A stretch of 64,000 nt of DNA from assembly GCA_963829055.1 (NCBI GenBank), contig CAWHHI010000020.1, positions 512,001 to 576,000 of the forward strand. Reading direction: 5' to 3'. Every line of letters begins with the position of its first letter. The stretch's first letter is position 1. The position numbers and the translations under genes are program-made. The notes under the pieces were generated by a model that saw only the letters and a list, made by a program, of their open reading frames with translations, ran no database searches and was not told the origin of the DNA. Of this stretch, positions 22,265 through 32,978 are shown piece by piece. This DNA is from an uncultured Gemmatimonadaceae bacterium. Lineage in GTDB: Bacteria; Gemmatimonadota; Gemmatimonadetes; Gemmatimonadales; Gemmatimonadaceae.

Positions 22265-23026
22265 TGCGTATCGGCCAAACGCCGCCTCGAAGTCCTTCAT
22301 GTGGAACGGTGGCTCGATGTCGTACCTGTCTGGTAGCGCAAGCCATTTCGGATCAAACTTCAGCACTTCTCGACGTTGGCCACGAACGCCGGGACGTATA
22401 ACGCGCGCGGGCTGGCCACCTTGAACAATGCAAGCTGTGTTTGCGCGTGACAGCCTCACATGTAGCTCGCTTGACAGCGGGCCACTCTGCTCGCGAGGCG
22501 AATGCCGCCGACGCGACACGCTTGAGGTCGGATCACGACTCGGCCTGTCGCTCGTTGAGGGACGCGTCGGCGGCGCTGAACGCGGCATCAGCGTTTCGAC
22601 TTTGCGACGCAGTCGAGCTCGGCGTGCGCAATGGGCGAATTGAACGATCGCGAAGAATCCAGCTTGACCGGGTGGGGCCGTTCCATTAGCGTAGCGTGCC
22701 ATTTGTTTACTGCTTGCACCGACGTTGGTGTGATTAGCAACGGTGTCGCCGCCACTGGTTCTGTCCTCCACAGGTACGCTGATGCCTGTATCGAGGTACT
22801 ATAGCCGCGTGGCGCGCCGGGTAAGCCGACTCACGCGCCCTTTCCGCATTTCTCACTAAGGCGACTTAGGGCGACCGCGGTTGGGGAGTCCTCCCCCGTG
22901 ATACGCCGAGCGATGTCAGGCTCCGCAGTTCGGCAACGCCGCGCCTCTGCACGGGCGACGGCGCTGTCATTGTTCGGTGATCGATCGCATAAGGCGGTGA
23001 CGGACGCCTAACGCCGCCGCGCGGGC

Positions 23027-23062
23027 CCTAGTTCGGCCCCTAGTTCGGCCCCTAGTTCGGCG
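23027..23062. repeat. 12-bp tandem repeat x3 (CCTAGTTCGGCC)
   Basis: Units at 23027, 23039 and 23051 (third imperfect). Confidence 0.85.
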
Positions 23063-23117
23063 CCGCCGCTGGCGCCACGGCGCGGTACCGCGCGGGCTTT
23101 CGCACCACCGTTGGAGG

Positions 23118-24324
23118 ATGAGAAGAATGATTGTCATGAGAAGGACTTCCGTGCTCGGCTCGTTCCTGGCCATTCTCCCTCGCCGTGACCGGCTGTCAAG
23201 ACGCTACGACCGCGCCCGCGACCGCACGTGTCGCGCCGCAAACTGCCCGCGCGGTGAAGTCGATGTCGAGTGGCCTTTTTCTCGACCGTGCGCGCTGCGA
23301 TTGCCGGCGGCGGCCCAGCTGGCCGATTTGGGCTTCTCGGGCGCGGGCGCGCGGCGCTTGATCGATCCGAACGACTACGAGTGTCCCGCGACGCCGTCGC
23401 CCCTCAACGCCTGGTTCATCGACAAGTTGACGCAGGTCGCCACGCAGGAACCCGATGTCTTCGACGCCTTGTTCTTCTACGCCATGCCCGACGTCCCGTG
23501 GCTCGAGGCGCTGCTCTTCGAGACCGAGGACACGCCCCAGTACTTCGGGTACAACGGCGAGTACACCAAGGTCCTGCTCAAGACCGAGAGGGATGTGAAG
23601 CGCTTCTGGGACATTCCCTCAGCGGACATCCAGATGATCGGTTTCCACGGCACCGTACTGCTGGACGCCGAGCGCGTCGCCGCGACGTACGTCGCCGCGT
23701 TCGAGGGGCCCAACGGACCCGTATCGCCCGAAGAAGGCGCGGAAGTGGCGGCCATCGTCAGGCGACGTGGTGCGCCGATCGCGGACGTTGAACGGTGGCA
23801 ACCACCCAGTCTTCAGCTTCAACGCCTTCGCGATTCCAATGTTGGACGAGTCGATCCCCGCCAAGATCCTCATGGGCGATGGGATTCTGGCTGGCTACGA
23901 TGCGATCGGTTTCGGCGACGTGGCGCCGCAGGCCGTCTACGCGCACGAGTTCGGACACCAGATCCAGTTCGCGAACGAGTATTTCGGTGACCCGTATGCG
24001 ACGTCGGGTAGCTTTGCCGAGCGCACTCGGTACACCGAGCTCATGGCCGACGCGATGTCCGCTTACTACCTCACACACAAGCGCGGGGCGGCGCTGAACC
24101 AGAAGCGCGTCGAGCAATTTCTTCAGGTCTTCTTTCAGATCGGGGACTGCGCGTTTGCCGACCCCGGTCACCACGGTACTCCGAACCAGCGGATGGCTGC
24201 GGCGCAGTTCGGGTTCGACCTCGCCGACCAGGCCCAGAAGCAGGGACACATCCTCACGGCCGAGCAATTCCATGCGCTCTTCGTGGCGGCGTACCCGAAG
24301 CTGATCGCTGCCGACCGGCGGTGA
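23118..24324 (+). CDS. Secreted neutral zinc metallopeptidase; frameshifts near 23175-23290 and 23762
   Basis: FNAFA, AHEFGHQIQ, ELMADA, HHGTPNQR; signal-like N-terminus after a GGAGG RBS. Confidence 0.75.
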
Positions 24325-24709
24325 ACGGTCCCGATGGCCAGCCCCGACCGGTAGACTAGACGCTACCGGGCAGGGCTTGGCCTCATCGAATGGGAAATGC
24401 TGTCCCCGCCTAACGAATGCTGGCTGGAACGGCCGGCGCTCTCGCCCAACGGACCCGAGGAACGCCCGCAAGGTCCGCGTGATCGAAGCGGCGCCAGATG
24501 TCGCGGGTGAAGGCGTCGAGCCGAGCGCGGTCCATCGTCGCCACCATGTCGCACCACACGTTCACGACGATCCGCGGCGCCGGGACTCGACATCGTGAAC
24601 GCCTCCATGATTGCGATGCGGACGCCGTCGCGTATTTCACAGCATTGCACACCTCATGTACGTTCGCGGTCGCGATTTTTCACTATGAGCCAAGAAAGGT
24701 ACGGTTGCG

Positions 24710-24743
24710 GAAACGGGCCTCCTAACCCGGGAGGCCCGTTTTC
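24710..24743. terminator. Intrinsic terminator-like hairpin downstream of tRNA-Cys
   Basis: GAAACGGGCCTCC-TAACCCG-GGAGGCCCGTTTTC. Confidence 0.6.
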
Positions 24744-24826
24744 AAACCAGAATGTTGCCATTGATGTTGCCATTACGCGGCCGCGCGTACGAGCGACCGG
24801 TCCACGTAAGTCGTTGTCGCACAAAG

Positions 24827-24898
24827 AGGCGCCGGCCGGAATCGAACCGGCGAATAGCGGTTTTGCAGACCGCTGCCTTACCACTTGGCTACGGCGCC
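24827..24898 (-). tRNA. tRNA-Cys (GCA), CCA not encoded
   Basis: Reverse complement GGCGCCGTAGCCAAGTGGTAAGGCAGCGGTCTGCAAAACCGCTATTCGCCGGTTCGATTCCGGCCGGCGCCT folds as a cloverleaf with a GCA anticodon and U discriminator. Confidence 0.97.
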
Positions 24899-24958
24899 GT
24901 AAGGACTCTCAAGCTATTGGCCCGCTTGCTTGTTCTCAAGCCACGCCGTTGCGCCTCG

Positions 24959-27900
24959 TCAATTCTTCACGACGACGCTCGCCGTCCCGCTCTTCCCCTC
25001 GCTCGTCGCCGTGACCGTCGTCTCGCCCTCTCTCTGCGCCGTCACTATACCGCTCTGGGTCACCGTCGCGATCTGTATGTTCGAGCTCGACCACGCCACC
25101 GTTCGCCCCGTGAGAGCATTCCCGAGCGCGTCCCGGAGCGTCGCCGTGAGCGTGCCCGTACGCTGATTGTCCCTGTCACGAAGGTTGAGCGGCGACGGCG
25201 TCACCGTCACCGTCGCCACCGGCGCCGGCACCACCGTGACCGTCGCCGTTCCGCTCTTCCCCCCTGACGCTGCCGTGATCGTCGCGCTCCCGGGCAGGAG
25301 ACCCGTGACCACGCCGGCCTGGGTTACCGACGCGGTAAGCGGCTTGTCGCTCGACCACGCGACGGCCTGTTCGGCCATCACGCTGCCGTTCACGTCGCGC
25401 ACCGTCGCTGTCAGCGTGGTCGTCGCCGCCACACTCACGCTCGCCGTCGGCGGCGTGACGGTGACGCTCCCCACGGCCGGCGGTGCGACCGTGACAGTCA
25501 CCGTTCCCGTTCTCCCCTCGCTCGTCGCGGTGACCGTCGTGTTCCCGGCACCGACGGCCGTGATGAGGCCTGCTTGCGTGACGGTCGCGATGTTGGTGTT
25601 CGCGGAGCTCCACACCACGGCGCGGCCGGTGAGCGCGTTGCCCTGCGCGTCGCGTGGGGTGGCCGAGACCTGCTGGGTGCCGCCGATCGTCAGGTTGGCG
25701 GTGGTTGGAGCCACGACCACCGTGGCCACAGGCACCGCGGTCACGGTCACCGTCGCGGTGCCTGTCTTTCCTTCGCTCGTCGCGGTGATGGTCGTGCTGC
25801 CGGGCGCGACGGCGGTCACCGTCCCGTTAGGCGCCACCGTCGCGATGCCGGTGTTGCCCGAGGTCCACGTCACGGCGCGACCCGTGAGCACGGTGTTCCC
25901 CGCATCGCGAGTCGTCGCGGTGAGCGTCCCCGTCTGCCCTACCTGAAGTGGCAGTGTCGACGGAGCCACTGTCACCGTCGCCACAGCGGCTGGAGGCGGC
26001 GCCGTGACGGTGACGGTCGCGGTGCCAGTCTTTCCCTCGCTGGTCGCCGTGATCGTCGCCGATACCGACGCCGACCGCGGTCACGGTCCCGTTAGGCGCC
26101 ACCGTGGCGATCGCGGTGTTGCTCGAGCTCCAGGTAACCGCGCGACCGGTCAACACGTTGTTCGCCGCGTCACGGGTCGTCGCCGTCAGCGTTCCGGTCT
26201 GACCGGTCTGCAGCGGCAGCGTCGTCGGTGCGACGGTCACCGTCGCCACCGCGGCCGGGGGCGGGGCGGTCACCGTCACGGTTGCGGTCCCGGTCTTCCC
26301 TTCGCTCGTGGCGGTGATCGTCGCCGTCCCAACAGCCACCGCGGTCACGGTCCCGTTAGGCGCGACGGTCGCGACGGCAGTGTTGCTCGATGTCCACGAG
26401 ACGGCGCGGTCGGTCAGCACGTTGTTCCCGGCATCGCGCACGGTCGCGGTCAGGTTTCCGGTCTGCCCCGTCTGTAACGGGAGCGTTCCTGGTGCGACTG
26501 TCACCGTCGCGACCGGCACCGCGGTCACCGTGATCGTCGCCGTTCCGCTCTTGCCCTCGCTCGTCGCGGTGATCGTCGCCGTGCCGGGCGCGACACCGGT
26601 GACGACGCCCGCGTTGGACACCGTGGCGACGCCCGTGTTGCTGCTCGACCACGTCACCGCACGCCCGGTGAGCGTCGCGCCGTTGGCGTCGAGCGTCTGG
26701 GCCTGCAGCGTCGTCGTCTGACCCACGGTCACGCTCGCGGTCGGCGGCGTCACGTTCACGCTCGCCACCGGCGCCGGCGTCACGGTCACGGTCGCGGTGC
26801 CGTTCGTTCCCTCGCTCGACGCCGTGATCGTCACGGTGCCGGCCTTGAGACCGCTCACACGTCCGGTGCTCGAGACCACGGCGATGGCCTCGTCACTCGA
26901 GCTCCACCCGACGAGCCGCCCCTGCAACTCGGCCCCGCCCGCGTCGCGGACACTGGCCGAGAGTTGGGTGGCGCCGCCCACGGGCACGGTCGACGTCGGC
27001 GGGGTCACGACGACGCTCCCGACCGGCACCTGCCTAACGGTGACGGTCGCCGTGCCACCACGCCTTCGATGTTCGCGAAGATGATCGCGGTACCGGGCGC
27101 GAGGGCGGACACCGCCCCGCTCTGCGAGACCGTCGCGACGCTGGGCGCGCCGCTGGACCACGTCACCGTGCGCCCGCCAAGGTCCTGGCCGTTCGCTGCC
27201 TTGGCGGTCGCGGCGAGCTGCACGCCCTGACCGACGACCACGTTAGGCGCGTTCGGCGTCACGGTCACACTGGCGACCGGGATCGGCGTCACGGTCACGG
27301 TCGCCGTGCCGGTCTTGCCTTCACTCGTGGCGGTGATGGTCGTCGAACCGGGTGCGACTCCGGTGACGAGTCCGCTGGCCGATACCGTCGCGATGGCCGT
27401 GTTGCCGCTGGTAAACGAAACGGGTCGGCCCGCCAGCACGTTGCCCTGATCGTCGGTCACCTGCCCGCTCAGCTGCGTCGTTTGCCCGACGACGACGTTC
27501 GCCTGCCCCGGCGAGACGATCACCGAGCTGACCGGCTTGGGGCTGACGGTGATGCTGGCCGTTCCCGTCTTGCCCTCGGCCGCGGCCGTAATCGTCGCGC
27601 TTCCCGGCGCGATGGCGGTAACGAGGCCGGTGGACGACACGCTCGCGACGGCGGGTGCGCTCGTGGTCCACGCGACGACGCGACCCGCGAGCGCCGTGCC
27701 TGACGCATCGCGTGGCTCGGCACTCAACTGCGTCGTCTGGCCGGTGACGAGGGAGCTCGTACTCGGCGTCACGGCAACCGACGCGACCGGGACGGACGTG
27801 ACGGTGACAGTCGCGACCGAGTTCTTCCCCTCAGCGGTGGCGGTGATGATGCTGCTGCCGGACGCGAGCGCCGTGACGAGACCAGCCGAGTTGACGGTCG

Positions 27901-28393
27901 CGACGGTCGCGTTGCTCGTCGTGAACGTCACCGGTCGGCCGTCGAGCGCGTTGCCCTGCGCGTCCAGCGGCTGGGCGCTGAGCTGCATGGTCTGACCGAC
28001 GAGCAGGTCACGCGTCGTGGGCGTGAGCCTAACGCTGGCAACGGGTGTCGGAACGACGCTGACTTCGGCGATCGCGCTCTTTCCCTGCGCGCTCGCCGCG
28101 ATCTGCACCGTTCCGGTCGCCACCCCGGTAACGACGCCCGTGCTGGACACGGTCGCGACCGCGGGCTTTCCCGTCGCCCACGCGATCTTCACACCCGCCA
28201 ACGCTTTGCCCGACGCATCGAGCGCTTCGGCGGTGAGCGGTGCCGTCGACCCGACGGCGACTGTCGCCTTGGATGGCGCGATAACGACGGAGGCAACCGC
28301 GCTGCCGTCAGGGTCGAGTGAGTCGCTCTTGCAGGACAGGGCCGCGACGACGAACGCCGCGAGCCACCAGGTCTTCGATTGTAAGGACCGCAT
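24959..28393 (-). CDS. Large lipoprotein of about 13 tandem Ig-like (Big_2) domains; frameshifts near 27060 and 26065
   Basis: Lipobox VVAALSC; ~87-aa repeats VASVTVTP...WSSSN..VATV...G.VT...G.ATITATSEGK across three ORF pieces. Confidence 0.85.
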
Positions 28394-28423
28394 CAGCGAT
28401 CGCGGTTTGCAGGAATCGCACCC

Positions 28424-28547
28424 GGAGCGGAGGGCGGAGGGCGGAGGGCGGAGGAGATGGCGGACAGCGGACTCGGACGGCATGGCGGGAGCCAGCAGCG
28501 TTCAGCGGTCGTCACGACGGCCTCCTTCCGCCGTCCGCCTTCCGCTC
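28424..28547. repeat. GGCGGAG heptamer-arm inverted repeat element
   Basis: Left arm (GGCGGAG)n and right arm CCTTCCGCCGTCCGCCTTCCGC; related copy at 38134-38260. Confidence 0.65.
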
Positions 28548-30292
28548 ACGTCGCGCAGCGCGACCTTCGTCACCCACTCCGTGAGCGTATCCAGCACCAC
28601 ATCCGGCACCGCGCTCGTCTCGAGGTGCGAGTACTCCGAGAAGGATCCCGTCTTCGACGGCAGAAAGAGATGGTTGAGCGTGGGGAACACCTTCACCGTC
28701 ACGCTCTTGTTGCCCGCCGCGCGGGCAGCGTCGGCGAGCATCGCCGCGTGCGCCTGAAGAACCTGCCGATCGCGTTCGCCCTGCAGGATCAGCAGCGGCT
28801 GCTTCACCTTCCGGATCGTCGGCAGCGGATCGTACGAGAAATACTCGCGAACCCAGGCAGTGGCCTTCTGTCCCGGGAGCTCACCGCCGGCAAGAAACGT
28901 CTTCACCACCTCCTTCTGCTGCTGACGAAGCGAGTCCCGCCTCGCCTCCGTCATCGTCGTGTCCGACTGCAGCATGTCCTCCTGCTGCTCGAAGGAGACG
29001 TCCGCGCCGCGCTTCGCGACGCCCGCCATCAGGACCACGGCCGCAAGCTTGGGGTCGCTCGCCGCGATCATCGCCGCGATCGACGCGCCCTCGCTGTGGC
29101 CGATCACGATGATGTGCTGCGGATCGATGTCCTTCCGCGCGCGCAGCCACGCGATCTGCGCCTTCGTGTCGTCGGCCAGCAACGTCGTCGTCGCGTTCTC
29201 GAGCGTCTCGCGTCCGGTCGAGCCGCCGATGCCGCGATCGTCCACGCGCAGCACGGCCACTCCGTTTGTCGCGAGTCGCTCCGCGATCTGACGGAACGGC
29301 GCGTACTGCTCCAGCCCGGGGAGCGCAATCCGCGAATCGCGCGTCTGCAGACCGGAGCCGGTGATCATCACGACCGCTGGGTACGCGCGCTTACCCGTCT
29401 TCGGCACGAGCAGCGTTCCGGCCAGTGAGTAGGTCGCGACCGGAATCGTGACTTCTTCCGCCGTGAACGCCGCGCCAGCCGGCGCCGAGTAGTCGATCCC
29501 GGTCGCCGCTGGGGCTGGGGGCGTCGAGGACGGAGTCGCCGGCTTCGCCGCTGAGAGCTTGGCTGACAACGCGGGGAGCCACTTCGCGTTCTCTGGACGC
29601 GCCGCGGTAAAGCCCTGCGTGGGAAGCGCGATGATCGCGAGTCGGCCGGCCGCGTCGCGCCAGAGAATCATCTCCTGCCCGACGAGGCGCATGGAGAAGC
29701 GCGTGAAGGTGGCGGACTCGCCGTTGTCGAGTCGCACCGCATCGGATGCCTGACGCTCGACCGTCGCCGTCATTTGCGGGAAGACCGGAACCTGCTGCAC
29801 GCCTCCCTTCGCCTCGTCATAGCGTGCGGCGACGAACACGTTCGGGTAGAAGATGTTTCCGCCCGACCACGACGCACCTGGCGTGTACGAGATCGTCTGT
29901 GATTGTCCGTTCGTGCTCAACGTCGCGGTTCCGTTCTCGTACTTGCCCGACTGGTCCAACGTTTGGCCCTGCGCCGTGCCCTTCGCCGACGACGCGAGCG
30001 GCAGCATGTCTGCACCGAGCTCGAGCGTCGTCGTCAGGTCGATCGCCATGGCGCCGGCCGCGAGCTGCGTGTGTCCGGTCGCCGAGTAGCGGCCATCTGG
30101 CTTACACGTGACCTCGAACGTCTCTCGGCCCAGCGACTTCCCGCCTGCAACGAGGTCGTACGTGCCTGCGCCGCACAGCGACCATTTCGACGGTGTGGTT
30201 GGCGACTTCGCCTGCGCGGCTGCCGGTTCATCCATGAAGGTCACGGCCGCTATGATCATCAGCGCGCTCGAGCGCGCTCGGTTCGTTGTCAT
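28502..30292 (-). CDS. Secreted alpha/beta hydrolase (S9/Hydrolase_4-like) with extra N-terminal domain
   Basis: Signal peptide, GSGLQTRD, DDRGIGGS, GHSEG nucleophile, QGERDRQV, LNHLF. Confidence 0.85.
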   Translation of the reverse strand: MTTNRARSSALMIIAAVTFMDEPAAAQAKSPTTPSKWSLCGAGTYDLVAGGKSLGRETFEVTCKPDGRYSATGHTQLAAGAMAIDLTTTLELGADMLPLASSAKGTAQGQTLDQSGKYENGTATLSTNGQSQTISYTPGASWSGGNIFYPNVFVAARYDEAKGGVQQVPVFPQMTATVERQASDAVRLDNGESATFTRFSMRLVGQEMILWRDAAGRLAIIALPTQGFTAARPENAKWLPALSAKLSAAKPATPSSTPPAPAATGIDYSAPAGAAFTAEEVTIPVATYSLAGTLLVPKTGKRAYPAVVMITGSGLQTRDSRIALPGLEQYAPFRQIAERLATNGVAVLRVDDRGIGGSTGRETLENATTTLLADDTKAQIAWLRARKDIDPQHIIVIGHSEGASIAAMIAASDPKLAAVVLMAGVAKRGADVSFEQQEDMLQSDTTMTEARRDSLRQQQKEVVKTFLAGGELPGQKATAWVREYFSYDPLPTIRKVKQPLLILQGERDRQVLQAHAAMLADAARAAGNKSVTVKVFPTLNHLFLPSKTGSFSEYSHLETSAVPDVVLDTLTEWVTKVALRDVSGRRTAEGGRRDDR

Positions 30293-30357
30293 TGGATCCT
30301 CTGAGAGCTGACATGCGTCGACTTGCCTTGGGTACGTATGCGACGGCGATGCTTCGA

Positions 30358-30379
30358 TAATTAGCCAATTCTCTAATTA
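30358..30379. promoter_or_regulatory. AT-rich palindromic operator TAATTAG-N8-CTAATTA
   Basis: Perfect 7-bp arms in the divergent intergenic region; same geometry as 38282-38301. Confidence 0.55.
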
Positions 30380-30469
30380 AATCAAGGTCGCAGCCGCGGG
30401 TAGGCTCCGGGCCTATCTTGTTCCGGGAACAGGCACCGGCACTTCACGCCAACTCCTCGATGAAGCAGC

Positions 30470-31444
30470 ATGCCCGAGACGCTCGCTGACCAGTCGCTCG
30501 TTTCGCACGCGCAGATGATCGCTGCGCGCGACGTGATCCGGTCGCGCCTGCATTACACGCCGTCGATGACGTCGGCGTACCTGTCCGATCGCATTGGTGC
30601 GCCGCTCCACCTCAAGCTCGAGCTCTTCCAGAAGACGGGATCGTTCAAGCCGCGTGGCGTGCTCAACCGTCTAGCGAATCTGACGGAAGCCGAGCGTCAG
30701 CGGGGGCTGATCACGTTGTCGGCGGGTAACCACGCGCAGGCCGTCGCCTGGGCTGCTCGGGAGTACGGTGTGCGGGCCACCGTCGTGATGCCGACGCGCG
30801 CGACACAGGCGAAGGTGGACGCGACGCGCGGCTACGGCGGCGACGTCATCCTCACCGATGGCGATCTGTTGGCGACCGCGCACGAGCTGCAACGCGCACG
30901 CGACCTGACGCTCATTCATCCGTTCGATGACCCGTTCGTCATCGCCGGTCAGGGAACGTTAGGCCTGGAGCTGCTCGAGCAGGTGCCGGACCTCGAGACG
31001 GTGGTCGTAGGGGTCGGAGGCGGCGGGCTCATCTCGGGTGTCGCGGCCGCGATCAAGGCGCTCAGGCCTAACGCGCGCGTCATCGGCGTCGAGCCGGAAG
31101 GCGCGCCGGGCATGACGGAGAGCCTGCGGCGCGGCGAAGCGGTGCGACTCGATGCCGTGAATACGGTGGCAGATGGACTCGCCGCTCCATTCGCGGGTCG
31201 TCTCAACTACTTCCACGTGCGCGAGCTGGTGGACGAGATGGTGCTCGTGACTGATGACGAGATCGTGTCGGCCATCCCGATCCTCATCGAGCGCTGCAAG
31301 GTCGTTCCGGAACCCGCAGCCGCGGCGGCCGTCGCGGCGCTCCTGTGCGGCAAGATCCGCGTGGCGACAGGATCGACGACGGTCGCGGTCGTGAGCGGAG
31401 GCAATATCGATCGAGCGCGACTCCGATCCCTGCTCGGCACCTAA
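30470..31444 (+). CDS. PLP-dependent threonine/serine dehydratase
   Basis: QKTGSFKPRG, SAGNHAQ, GGGGLISG, SGGNID. Confidence 0.9.
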   Translation: MPETLADQSLVSHAQMIAARDVIRSRLHYTPSMTSAYLSDRIGAPLHLKLELFQKTGSFKPRGVLNRLANLTEAERQRGLITLSAGNHAQAVAWAAREYGVRATVVMPTRATQAKVDATRGYGGDVILTDGDLLATAHELQRARDLTLIHPFDDPFVIAGQGTLGLELLEQVPDLETVVVGVGGGGLISGVAAAIKALRPNARVIGVEPEGAPGMTESLRRGEAVRLDAVNTVADGLAAPFAGRLNYFHVRELVDEMVLVTDDEIVSAIPILIERCKVVPEPAAAAAVAALLCGKIRVATGSTTVAVVSGGNIDRARLRSLLGT

Positions 31445-31491
31445 CGCACGTCGACAGGATTCCCGCTTCCGACAACCGAAACAGCAAACGC

Positions 31492-31757
31492 TACGGCAAC
31501 TGCAACGGCAACTGCAACTGCAGGACAGGATGGCCAGGATTGGCAGGATTGAGAAGATGACCGCTTCGGCGTCGGGAGCGTGTCGCCGGGGCCTAACGAA
31601 TGAAGGAACACATCTCGGGGAGAGTGGCGTCCCGAGCGGCCGTTCCCCTCATTCCGGGCTCGTTGCGGGAGGGGCCCTTAAGTGCGACACGGAGGCTCTG
31701 TTCAATCCTGTCCATCCTGGCCATCCTGTCAGGCCGTTGCCGTTGCCGTTGTAGTTC
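31492..31757. repeat. MITE-like element with ~29-bp inverted arms and a structured core
   Basis: GACAGGATGGCCAGGATTGGCAGGATTGA (31524-31552) is inverted to 31702-31730, flanked by GCAAC/GTTGC hexamer repeats; core homologous to 43307-43400. Confidence 0.7.
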
Positions 31758-31849
31758 TTGTCCTCTTCGGCTGATCCTGTCGCCCAGGATGGATGCGCCA
31801 ACTGACAATCGTTTGGGGACCCGACCGCCACGACTTCGCTCGGGTACGG

Positions 31850-32845
31850 CTATTCTCGGCTCCACCGCGCACTCGTCCCTCGCACGTCGATATGCGCGAA
31901 CGGGCCGCTCGTGCCCATGGCGTGATAGAGGCCAAGCCCACCGACGAGTGACGGGTGCGCCTTCTCCACCCGTTCCACCGCGCGCAGGATCACCTGCGTG
32001 TCGCTCAGGTCGAGACGCCCGTCGCGGTTGAGGTCATCCATCCGGCCGTCGCCGTTCGCGTCGATGATCACGTCCGCTGCGTCACCGTACTGGTGACGGC
32101 TCGCGCGCGCAGCACCTTCGGCGACGATCCGCTCGTTGTAGTACGGCGCCCGGAATCCGCTCAGCACCCTGACGCGGTCCGTCGCCACGCCGTGCGCGGC
32201 GAGATCCGCGAGCACGAGCTCGAGCTTGTCGATCAGCGGCTCCTGCAACACCGCGTACTTGGGCCACACATCGCGCTGGTCGTGCGTGAGGAAATCGGCG
32301 AGCACGAAGTGCTCGGACAACCTGAGTCCCGCGGTCGCCGGCGTGACTTCGATGAAGCCGTCCGGGTTCCAGTACTTCCGCCCCATCATCCATCGCTCCG
32401 ATGGCCATCGACCGAGGCGGTACCCCTGAAGCACCTCACCCCGCTTCTCGCCGAACGGCCGCAGCACGATGAACGCGAACGGCGTCGACGACCCATTGGC
32501 CGCGACCTGATGAATGGCGGGCTCGCGTATCGCGCGCTCGCCGTACGTCGAGATGAAGCTGGGAAGTGCGATCGCGGTCACGCGCGTCAGCGTCTTGAAA
32601 CGCAGCTTGCCGCTCTGCCCGAACAGCGTGTCCGCGACGGGGAACGACGACAGCGTGGCGACGTTCGCGGTATCGGGTGGCGCGGACACACCGGCGAGCG
32701 CGTCGACGGCCTCGCTCTCAGGCGCGCGGAGCAGGTCTGCATCACCACGCGCCGTCGACACCGCGCGCGCGATGCCCGCGACGGCGACGACGGCGGCAAC
32801 GAGCGCGATGGTGCGTCTGCCGGTGGGGGACCCGAGCCATTTCAT
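31850..32845 (-). CDS. Peptidase M15A-like (D-Ala-D-Ala carboxypeptidase/DUF882) protein
   Basis: SGFRAP, SRHQYGDAADV, HIDVRG; N-terminal TM. Confidence 0.8.
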   Translation of the reverse strand: MKWLGSPTGRRTIALVAAVVAVAGIARAVSTARGDADLLRAPESEAVDALAGVSAPPDTANVATLSSFPVADTLFGQSGKLRFKTLTRVTAIALPSFISTYGERAIREPAIHQVAANGSSTPFAFIVLRPFGEKRGEVLQGYRLGRWPSERWMMGRKYWNPDGFIEVTPATAGLRLSEHFVLADFLTHDQRDVWPKYAVLQEPLIDKLELVLADLAAHGVATDRVRVLSGFRAPYYNERIVAEGAARASRHQYGDAADVIIDANGDGRMDDLNRDGRLDLSDTQVILRAVERVEKAHPSLVGGLGLYHAMGTSGPFAHIDVRGTSARWSRE

Positions 32846-32865
32846 GTCCGCAATTTACCACCAGG

Positions 32866-32971
32866 TGTCATCCCGAGCGTCAGCGAGGGACCTTGCGTGA
32901 AGTACTGGTGGCCAGTCGGCTACGAGTACCTCACAGAAGGTCCCTCGTCGCTAGCCGCTCCTCGGGATGAC
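32866..32971. repeat. REP-like palindromic element TGTCATCCCGAG...CTCGGGATGAC, copy 1
   Basis: Terminal inverted arms with an internal GAGGGACCTT/AAGGTCCCTC pair; related copies at 37027, 43098 and 58035. Confidence 0.85.
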
Positions 32972-32978
32972 GACCCCG

